Below are positions 53,607 to 64,000 of a stretch of 64,000 nucleotides of DNA, in pieces; within the stretch, counting starts at the first letter, position 1; each line of letters starts with the position of its first letter. Location of the stretch: the NCBI GenBank assembly GCA_051294905.1, contig CM119371.1, forward strand, positions 994,001 through 1,058,000, written 5' to 3'. The stretch comes from Botryllus schlosseri. Lineage: Eukaryota. The notes under the pieces are model-generated. The model was given only the letters and a program-made list of their open reading frames with translations, was not told where the DNA came from and did no database searches. The position numbers and the translations under genes are program-made.

Positions 53607-56600
53607 TCATTTCAATATGAATATACTATTTAATTGTATATTGAAGTTCTGTACCTCCAAGAAGCTCTTCAAATAGTAGAAGCGCGAAACGGTATGCCAA
53701 TAAAGCACTGGTCTACAACCAATCAACGCTTTACCCAGTAATATAAGTGAATCAGCCTGTACTCTGAAACATATTAGCTATATCTCCAACGTCCGATCGA
53801 ATTAAAACTGATATTAGTACACTCAATCAGCTGATTTCATTCCATGTTTTGACGGAGAGCCATTCATGCACGTGAGACATTAGCTCCACCACGCGGAAGA
53901 ACGAAAGGCGTTAAATCGATAACATCATGCAGTTCGATATTGCATTTCCTTCATAACCTATTTGGTTTCGTCATCTCTCCTAATTTTATTCTCCTGTACA
54001 TGTCGTTATCATCGGATAAGGCGATAAAGCGCACACTCGAATAGGGTACGTATTATAAGCATTTAAAAGAACTATACTGCTGGAAAAGTTAGGAGCCATC
54101 GATGCATGACGTCCTTGGAAGCCAAGGAGACCGCTTGCCTAGTAACCACTGTATATATCGTTTTGCATTTGCCCTAAGCCAGGGATGGGCATTGGGCAAC
54201 TTGTCCGGTCAGTGAGCCGCATATGGGAAAATTAGGCACTTGGCGGGCCAGATTACAGAATATATACAATTATATATTATACCTTAATCGCGTATTTATC
54301 CACCGCTACAAGGAATCAATTGTGTTTAATACCAGCTATCCGACAGTCGTCGAGCATGTCCGCATTCAAGTCGAAATCAAGCAATTTCTCCTAAATCAAT
54401 ACTAGCCAGTCTTCGGGATTACCGAACCACGACCTAACATCGACCTCGCCCTTCGCCACATGCCACCTCATTTTGTCGCTTGCGTCTTATATTCTCTGCA
54501 TTACTTTTCAGTCAGTATGTCCATTCCTCTTATTTACTTCGCCTATAGGCTAAGGTTTGTGTCTGATCTTAATGGCTGCTTCAAGTTGTTTCGACACCTT
54601 CCTATCTTCGCATTGTATCGCAGTCTTGTGATGTTTTGAAACGATGAAAATATTAATAAACCTGATTGATTGATGTAAACTTCAAGTTTAAAGCATAGAA
54701 ATCAAAAAGAGTATTTCATGAATTTATTTACAACAGCTACTGAAGTCAATTAGGCATCTATGGTCAGTGACCATTGGTCACTCAATACTAGATTTTTGTA
54801 CTCTGATTGCATGTCATATGCAAATACCCTTAGTGAAGACTGCTAATGTTCGTGGCAGTGTTGGGATTTAGTCACTGCCTTCGAATCACAAGTCATCTCG
54901 AATCATTGCACATTTTGACTCGAGTCAAGTCAAGTCACTCGATTTTTGGAGGTGACCCGAGTCAAGTCAAGTCAAGTCACGAGTCATTCAAGTTGAAATT
55001 TCAAAGTAATAGATATGATTCAAATTCATTACTAGGGCGATTTTTTTTGACACTTCAAAAAAAGTTAAAATTTTTTTCACATAATGAGTTTGATTTATTT
55101 AGCTGTTCTTGTGTAAATCACACTAGCATGTAACTTAGTTACTCCCGCCATTTACCGGCTTCAAAAATCTAGCGTTTTTCGGCTATAACTCGTTTTGTGT
55201 TCACAATAGGGAAAACTTACTTCTTAAGACTGATAGAAACATGATGTTTTGGCAGCTTTCATGACCCCATGACTAGTGGTTGTCGAGATGGGCAATTTCA
55301 CCCCCTCTCGCACAGACATTGGGTAATACCGGCTGGAAAATGGAGGCAGTCCCCTAAAACCAATTTTTATTGAAGTTTCAATTCATTTTTCGGGACTTGA
55401 AAACCCCCTTTTAGGATTTGAAAAAAGTCATTTTCACTCCACCCTACAACGCATGCCTATTAACATTCCAACATTTAACGACAAATGACGATACATATTC
55501 TCACATCTTCACCAAGTCTACCTACCTCTCATTCGAATTAAGTTCTGATACTCGAAACAATTGTCTGGCATATATCCAGATTGCTATACAATCTTTTATC
55601 AAATTGTTCGCGTTAAATAAACCAAAGAAAATGCAAGGCTCAAATAACTGATTAATATTTATTTCAAATCGATTCTATACATTTCATAACAAGAAAACGC
55701 AGCCCAATACAACATAAAATCACGGAAATTTCAGCCACTACTTTCTAAGTCTAAGATGCAGATACTGATTAGCAGTCATTAACAATACTCTTGAGTTATA
55801 ATGAGTTGCGGATAATGTCAGTATAATTGCAAATTAGTCACAATGGACGGTAAGCGTAATTTATAGAATGTCAAGTAGCAAATCATAATATCTCAGTAAA
55901 AAGGGAACATTGAATCACATCCATAAGATTATCTGAAATCTCGATTGTTATGGATTAACAATTTGCCTCTTTTTCTGTTAACTATGGCGTAGATAGTCAT
56001 TTAGAATCAATTTTTCACATATCAATAATAAACGAGGTCATCAAGAGAAATGAGCCAATTATATTATGCTCGAAGCATTTAGAATCACCAAGGTAGCAGA
56101 AAACTTGGTCATTGGTCATAAAAGCCAGAAAAATCGTTGGCTCGAAGTATACAGCGACAGTCATTCTACAGAATAATATCAAGGCCTTGAAATATTTTGG
56201 TAATAAAAGTTTTAAACTCGGTAAGTATACCTTTCAACATACTCCAGAAGTCAACTGTACTAAAGATATAGAGAAAGATCACTAGATCATGATGGAACAT
56301 GGAGAATCCTACATAATTGACATTACAATGGATTTCATATACTACACTACATTCATTTTCGACAAAATTTTTAATTTTATATTTTTTGGGTTTTGTGAAG
56401 TATTTAATTTCTATCATAATCCATCACACAAAACGTAAAGACAGTACACTGTACACACTGCACATCTAAGAATATGTCACTTTTTTTTATTTTTCCATAT
56501 TTATGATTTTTATGTAATTTTTATTATGATCAATTATTTTATAGGTGTAGTACGATGGTATATATTTATTTTATCCCGCGAGTCGATCCCAACTTGCGAG

Positions 56601-59479
56601 TAAATCCTCATAATAGCAAATAATTCAACAGGATGACGGCTTGAACTCTACTGTAGTCAAACGACCTTCGCATTCAAATCCATTCAACCAGTAATTTGTG
56701 CCGTAAAACATTCCTCTTCGGAAATATGTAGGTTTGACGTGACATTTATGACATTACTTACCATCATTTTCGTCGATTTGTGAAGCTTTATGCAACTGTT
56801 TTGGTTACTTAACTGTAAAATGCATATTAGAAATAGTTTCGTGAAATTGCATCGATTGAACATGTAATAGTCAGTTTGAATTCTAAAACGAATAGCAGTA
56901 ATTCTGCTCTGCACGTCTCAATTTTGTTGATGACGATTGGCTCTTGTACACGAGTAACAATGTTGCATCTACTGCCATCTTTTCTCCCACTCCCTGAAAA
57001 ACAAATACCTCTTAATAAATCACTATCCCAGTTAATCAATTACGTCAGCAAACTATCCGGACTATGAGCAGAAAATTAACTGCACGCACGGGTATGTCAT
57101 AACAATGCACAAAATAGAATTCGACTTGCTGTAGCGTACCTGGGATCAGAGTTGGGTGAATCATAGTGATTGAATCTAAAGGACGATTCGGCATTTAAAT
57201 TTTCGCGAGGCGATTCTCACGTATCGCCGGCACACAATCCAATATACGATAACATATTTAGTCAGTACACGAATTTCATGAAAATAAACCTGCAGACAAC
57301 ACACCGTATCGCAGGAGCGGTATTGGCTGGGACGGTGTACTTGCTAGAGGACTTTGTTAACAGTTAACATTTCGATTACGGAAATTGCAGTGCAGTTAAC
57401 AATATCGAGTATCAATGACACTCGAAAAGTAGTTATCGGCTTGTTTTATGGAAAGCCTAAAATATTGGTGACGATAAGCGTACTTCTGTCCGAATTGGAT
57501 AATTAGATAATTCTAGTTGTCTAATTAGACTAATTAGAGCAAATGCCGGTAATGTAACTTGAATCTATTTTGTGAAGTGATTCTCTGCACTAATTCTAAT
57601 ATAATTGGTAAATAATTTATATTTTCTCATTTTAATTCAAACCCTGTCTCTGGTTTTCCTGTAAATGCTACTGAGAGAATTGTGTAGTGCGAAACGAGCC
57701 AAGCTTGTTGGACAGACATTTGCTATTATCATGCTGATTTGATAGTAACGGAACTGGATTCAATGACCTAGTTTTTTGCGGACTCGGTAATTCTGATCCC
57801 AATCTAATTTGGAAAAATGTATAGCAATAACTACAGTCTTAATCTATTTTGAAAAAAGTAACGCGACAATTATAATTCTACCATAAGTTGGAAATAACTG
57901 TGTAGCCTCAATTCTAATTCTACTGTATGTTGAAAGAAAATTTAACTACAATTATTATACTAATCAATTTTGCAAAAGCAGGAAATCTTCTAGATGACCG
58001 AATCTGACTTGAAATAATCTGAAATCTTGTCGATCTGCAGCACAACTATTAAGCACATTCAAGACGAAGTTTACGAAAAATTTGTAAGTTGTCACTTGCG
58101 ATTACCTAAGAAAAGTATTCGACAACCAGTCCCAGTAATAATATTTGAAATGCACATACTCCAGTACTTTTCAAACTTTCATTTACACGATTGCTACATG
58201 CAGCCGAGTAAAAACTGAACGGGATCACTCCAACTTCTGTTCGAGTTTAACCAATGACTATTTCGATAGTTTCTTTAAAAATTATGCGACAACATATTAC
58301 AACCAATAACTATATTTATTTCACCCCAAGCAGCTAAATAATCCGGACGCAATATTTCTCGACCTACACTGTATTGATATTTAAATTCTTCGAGGATCTC
58401 ATCAAATCTCAGTTTCATAATGCAACAAATATTTCCCTCAATAAAATGAAATCTTGTGTGGTCTGAATGCAGCAAGTAATCATGAATTGAATGAAGTGAC
58501 GCATTACTGCCGAAGATCAACTTTAGTATATATTGACAGAGGTGGTCAGTAACCAACTAACTCCACTTTTTTAAAGTATAAAAGTACGTTTTGCCCACTT
58601 ACACTACTTACTTAAGTAGTTAATAATAGTTCAGACTACTTCTACTTCTATTCGACAACTTTCATTTTTTCAGCAAAACTAGGAGTGATGTGAAAAGTAT
58701 GTTGCGACTCGATGTGAAATGATGCATGACAGCGCTATTATATTCTTGCAGAATAAACGAAGTCTTTTTTCCACAAAGCTACGTGTGATGCATCGCGTGT
58801 CAATGTTATATGATGTCACTATCCGATATCATATCAGTTAATATTGTATATTAATTTATATATTAAACAGTTTGCGTCACAATATTTCTAAGCTGTTGTT
58901 TGAAACCAGATTTGCATGTGAATGGATGGACGATGTAATGGAAGAATAAATCTCAACTCTCATTTTGGAACGGTCAGACTTCGTAACATCTACTCACCAC
59001 TTATAAAATTCGTAGTCGAGTCGCGTCCAGGCATCCCTTTCTCGGATCACTGAAATAGGAAATAAGTTATATAGCTTAAAATGCTTGTTAGCAAAAGATG
59101 TATGCATCCTATGAATTGTGCTCTGTTGCTGAGCCTATTGCGTAATATCTGAAACAGTCATCAGGCTCAAATAGAGTTCAAATCATCAAAAATATAAATG
59201 AATGTTATCCTACGATACACGGTGGTTTAGTTATGGTAAGTAAGCGTACGGAACTTAAGCTTATCTACAATTTTAAATACGAATCCTATTCCTGATGATA
59301 CATTCAAATCCAAGTACAAATCCATATTTTAATTTTGTTCCGCGTCCATATCCACGTTCTATTCGGTAATGGCTGAAACTTGATCAAAAAGTCGCATGAA
59401 AATGAAAGCTACATGAAATTCTATGTCAAAGTACGGATGAAAATCAATCTTCGAATGAATCAGAAACCATTATCTAAAG

Positions 59480-59875
59480 CAGTGGTTCGCAACGTGAGCG
59501 ATATCGCCCGACAGGGGGCCATTTGGCGGTCTAGGGGGGCGAAAATGACGAAGGGGGCGATAGCGGGGCGAAAATGCACAAAGGGGGCGATAGGGGGCGG
59601 AAATAGCGAAGTGGGCGATAGGGGTCGATGTCGCGTTAAAACGGCTATTTTGGAATCAAGTCGGAGAAATGAACTTTTATTTAGTCAACCCACGAAAATT
59701 TAGCTGAAAAAGTGTAAAACTTCGATGTCAAGCTGAAAAGTTGCCCGTTTTTGGGTTCTACTCGCCGGTGATTACAGTTTGTATGCCCATTTTTCGGTTC
59801 ACAAAATTTGGTGGGCGATGATCGGTGTGGTGCTTGAAAATGGGGCGTTGAGTTGGAAAAGGTTGGGAACCACTG
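59480..59875. mobile_element. hAT MITE (family of 3066-3374)
   Basis: TIR CAGTGGTTC(G/C)CAAC; TSD ATCTAAAG/ATCTGAAG. Confidence 0.88.
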
Positions 59876-61797
59876 ATCTGAAGCCAGACAAAAGAGATGA
59901 CACGTGACCTCAATACCATAGAGATGCATAAAGTGGAGTCGTAAAACCGTGAAATTACTTGTTATAGTTTCCGTTCAAAAGCGGTGGCTTTCAAAGGGAC
60001 CATTGCTGCGGCCAAAATGTTTTTCACACTCTCCACTTTCATTTCAGACAATGTTATATTTAGAGCGCAGTGTCGTTTTAATGTGTTATAGTTATGTCAG
60101 TGGGCAATGAAATGAGAAATCACACACAATATGATGCCCCTACAGTACAATGCATATTACATATATCTAATCCAATTAGATATGGGAATGAGTGAAAGTA
60201 ACTCTAATCCATTTGTGAAACATTCCCTGTAATATGCAGCTAATTATTTACGTATTGTCAACCGATTCAAATAACCAAATTTATATTCGATTTATATTCG
60301 CACCGGTTCCACATTCTGTGAGATACTCTGAACTCGCATATTCGTTTTCGTATCAAAGGTAAATCGAACAAAGTAATCCCGAATGCTATTTTAAGAATTA
60401 TAGTACTTGATTAGGTTGGACAAAATGATTTCAAAATTATTGCAATGTTGTTGAATATAATTCAGTTCTACCTAAAAGAATGCACAATGAACATGAATGA
60501 TGAAAGCATTCCTATCAACGCCAATATAAAAAGTGGGATGCTGTATGACATAAAACCACGAATCCTACAGAGAGGAGGTCAATAACGAAGTAACTCTACT
60601 TTATCAGACTGCTCAAGTAGTGCTGTCTACTTACATCGCTTAATCAAGGGGTTGTCATTTTAGACTACTTCTGTTTCTACTTCTTGTCACAGTTTTTAGT
60701 CAAAACTACTTACGTCATACAATATTGATTTTGAAAAGTATCAAGTTGTTCCTAGCTGCGTATTCGTCATCGTTTTCAGTGAAATTCTTATGGGAGGCGC
60801 CTTAAATAGCCCATGTATCACGGTGACTGCATGAAGATATTTTAAAAGATTCCACTCACTTGCAGTGTCATTAGTCATTTTGCATTAGCAGCGTAGATAT
60901 ATCTTGGAATTTCGAAAGTAGATATCTCCTATTAACTGCTGAAAGTATGCGGCCCTTCGACCAAATCTACTTTTTGAAACTATTTATTTCACTACATTTC
61001 AGACTAATACATTTTCTACTTCCACCTCAAGTCAATTTGAGATTTCTTGGAAATTGCTACTTCTACTTGTATATCAGCAGCAGCTTACGGCGCTATTTAT
61101 AGTTCTACATGAGTCTTTACTCTGGCTACTTTGACTACCTCCAATCATTCACGAACTCGTGTTAGCAACTCTCAGAACCGATCATAGTCCGCTTGGTCAC
61201 CAGATGTCGTAAATAAGCTGCATGAAGTATTACATTTGTTCCAAAGTTATATAAGTATATGAAAGTGGTTTACAAGTTTCTTTTACTTATCGTCCCCTTA
61301 TCAAGCTCGATATATCTTTATCACGCCCCATAATGGTAGAAGTACTATCAGCAGCGAAGTAGTTGTGCTTTTCTGTAGTACTTATTATTATATACTTGTT
61401 TCGCTTACTCAAGTAGTTTTGTTCGTATACTACCTCTACGTCAACAATTTTTATATGGTGAATACTAATTTTTGCATAGTTGACATTGTCAAGTAAAAGT
61501 AGATTTTGACGCACTTTAACGATGCCTTGCTTCGAAATTGATATGCAAGCTCACAATCAGCAACGTGTGAGAGATAATGCCTGAATAAACTACAACAATT
61601 AATTCGTATTAAGAATGGGATATCGAATGAAACTAAAATTCATGAATACCGTGCGTTATCACATAACCCTGATAACGACACTATGTCATGAATGAAACTG
61701 AAGCCCCATGATTTCTAGCGTTAGTACCAAATTGGACCTGAATTGACCATTTCATTCAAAGTGATCGCGCTTATTTAATATACCTAATAAAACGGAT

Positions 61798-62025
61798 CTA
61801 AGATACGATGCAACCACACAATGACTCACATTTTAAAACTTCCAACTCAGTATCGAGATCATTTACAATCTTCTGGACTCTCTGCAATTCAGCTCCTTTC
61901 AACATATCATTTTCATGCTGGTATATCAATGTTAGTTTCTTCAAGTTAGAATTGTTGACGAGAGACGAAATCTCATTGAGTGAAGCACCACATCCAAAGT
62001 AGAATATGCATCGGATATATTCGAT
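61798..62025 (-). CDS. Terminal exon IEYIRCIFYFGCGASLNEISSLVNNSNLKKLTL...LCGCIVS* of a gene extending beyond the window; LRR-like, possibly NLR
   Basis: Acceptor tttctcactgcag, 76 codons in phase 0 to TAG, ATTAAA just downstream, LxxLxL motif (NLKKLTL). Confidence 0.6.
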   Translation of the reverse strand: MEYIRCIFYFGCGASLNEISSLVNNSNLKKLTLIYQHENDMLKGAELQRVQKIVNDLDTELEVLKCESLCGCIVS

Positions 62026-62377
62026 CTGCAGTGAGAAATAATGATAATATTGTGTATTACAATGATGCTTACCACTATTGTTGACCATTTCACCACAGGC
62101 CATCATGTGTTACAATATACTTTGGATCACCAGTTTGGACGGTTTAGTCTGACCCGCCAGGCGATTCTGAAAAAAGGGCCGTATTATCCGGCACATTTCT
62201 AATACATGTTGAAGTTTTTAGTATGAAACACTTCCATTCTCTCAAGAAAGAAAATGTCGAGCATTTTCGGTTCAGGTCAAATTATAACCATCCGACACAA
62301 ACAAGTCACTGCCGTTTACACTAGTGTTACCGTAAGTCCTCTTTTCTGACTTTTTTGAAAGTGTTCTAGGTGTACGC

Positions 62378-63968
62378 GGGGTGTTCAAAAAAAATTTTTT
62401 TCAAAAAATTTCATCAGCTTACCGGTAGTTGTCAAATCATCAGGTTACCTAAAAAAGTTGCACCCAAATTTGACTCAATTCCAACCAGTAGAAGCCATAG
62501 GTCACTCAAATTGAAATTTCGGTCATTTTTGAAATAATAGTATTCATTGTGACCAATTGACTAAAAATCGTGTTCCAGGCAGGGATGTCTTTTCACTTGT
62601 TTTGATCTTGATACGGACCTACGGTGGGGTTTGGATGAAGACATCGCCAGTAAACGAAAAAAATAGATGACACGGATTACCTGGAAATTGGTCCACTTCA
62701 TTGAAATAGACATGTTAAAACGATGGTGAGATAATTTTCAAATAGAGTAGGCCTACTTTACATACCGAAATTAATGACCACAAAAAGAAAATGAACTGAC
62801 AAGCAGGTAAAATACATGTAAATATATCTCTCAAGTTATCTATATTCTTGGACGGTTCAATGTAAATTTCTTCACGATACAATTTGATATTATAAGATAT
62901 TTTATCATTTGCTCTGTACCACTCATACAGTACTATCACAGGTGAATTATAAGACTTATGGGCACCGTGACAGATCTTCTTCCTATCAAAAGTTATCGTG
63001 CTCTATTTATGTCATCCTTCACCTCCATATTCGGATACTATAATATAATTGTATCCATATATCATGGTAAAACACCAATGACTTTTATGACTCCATGACA
63101 AGGGGGTCTTGGTGATATTGAAAGACCAGAAAATGACCAATGTGCTTTATAAGCTCACTGGGTCACCATTTGGTTTCCCGAATCTCGCATATGTGAAGTA
63201 TCAGAAATGTTTTAAAACTCATAAATACTATTCAGTGGCATAGCCCATTCTGAATTGCAAGCAGTACTATTTTTAACGCCCTGGATCTGTCAATGTGAAA
63301 CAGCAGAGAAATATTCGAACACTGAGCTGCTGAGGAATGCAACTGATGTCTCTGTGGATGAGGTTTTGGGAGTGGCGACTTTGCAATCAGTAGAAACTTT
63401 GAATCAAGGCAGAGAGTATGCCCTGCATAACTGGGATAGATTTCATCAAATCTAAATTTGCTCGACAAAAAATACTCTTAGATATGACTATTACTTGAGA
63501 AATATATTTACCTGTATTTTACATGCTTGTCAGTTCATTTTATTTTCGTGGTCGTTAATTTTAGTGTGTTAAGTACTCTATTTGAAAATTATCTCACCAT
63601 CGTTACATGTCTATTTCAATGAAGTGAACCAATTTCCAGGTAATCCGTGTCATATATTTTTTTCGTTCACTGGCGATGTCGTCATTCAAACCCTACCCTG
63701 AGACCATGTCAAGATCAAAACAAGTGGAAAAGACCTCCCTGCTACTTTGGGCATACCTGAATCACGATTTTTGGTCATGTCGGTATGACGACATCGGTCA
63801 CCGCAAATACTATTACTTCAAAAATGACCGAAATTTCAATTTGAGTGACCTCGGCTTCTACTGGTTGGAATTGAGTCAAATTTGGCGTACAACATTTTTT
63901 TAGGTAACCTGACAATTTGACAACCAAGCCGATAAAATTTGAAAAAAATAAGTTTTTTTCAACACCCC
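62378..63968. mobile_element. Long-TIR non-autonomous element (arms ~460 bp), related to the 43-kb fold-back
   Basis: 62378-~62837 is the reverse complement of ~63493-63968; GGGGTGTT termini; TA on right flank; shares the AAATTTGACTCAATTCCAACCAGTA motif. Confidence 0.85.
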
Positions 63969-64000
63969 TAAGGAGCACGCTCAAATGACCTCTTTTTGAG

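Larger units (their letters stand above)
50650..53672. mobile_element. Penelope-like retroelement, palindromic insertion of two 5'-truncated copies plus 38-nt tail
   Basis: Arms 50650-52129 and 52155-53634 are reverse complements (one substitution seen, 51885/52399); tail 53635-53672; 12-bp TSD ATAGTAGAAGCG at 50638-50649 and 53673-53684. Confidence 0.96.

Noticed and set aside
50650..53634. Palindrome as an assembly or chimeric-read artefact
   Set aside because: Unique flanks on both sides, a 12-bp TSD, an asymmetric tail and an arm mismatch fit a real insertion; read support is still needed for final proof.
56760..59049. Series of small minus-strand exon-like segments (e.g. 58998-59049, ~57140-57289)
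   Set aside because: Splice signals are plausible, but I could not build a consistent open frame or recognise a product.
61287..61514. Extra coding exon
   Set aside because: Overlaps the dispersed AGTAGAAGTA/CTACTT repeat family also seen near 28.3, 36.3, 58.6 and 60.6-61.1 kb.
95..63984. Most 60-140 aa ORFs in the provided track
   Set aside because: They fall in MITEs or are shadows of other features and lack recognisable motifs.

Overview
AT-rich animal genomic DNA (spliced GT-AG exons, dense non-autonomous DNA transposons; the style suggests a marine invertebrate such as an ascidian, which is inference only). The clearest element is a very young Penelope-like retroelement (RT + GIY-YIG) at 50650-53672. 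It is a near-perfect head-to-head palindrome of two 1480-bp arms, both 5'-truncated at the same nucleotide. It has a stuttered 25-bp spacer, a 38-nt unpaired 3' tail, a 12-bp target-site duplication and a minimal type I hammerhead ribozyme in each arm. Host genes are on the minus strand. A gene starts at 11558 (MAEGG...) with two paralogous phase-1/1 exons encoding N/V/I-rich 'VNxVAG(D/N)Q' motifs resembling amyloid-signalling (RHIM-like) segments. An LRR-like terminal exon lies at 61798-62025. Between them are decayed, segmentally duplicated exons with CARD/death-fold-like character. Much of the rest is nested hAT elements with 8-bp TSDs, Tc1/mariner-like fold-backs, tRNA-SINEs and LINE tails. 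One hAT element carries a non-transposase cargo ORF. All homology calls are by eye; no searches were run.
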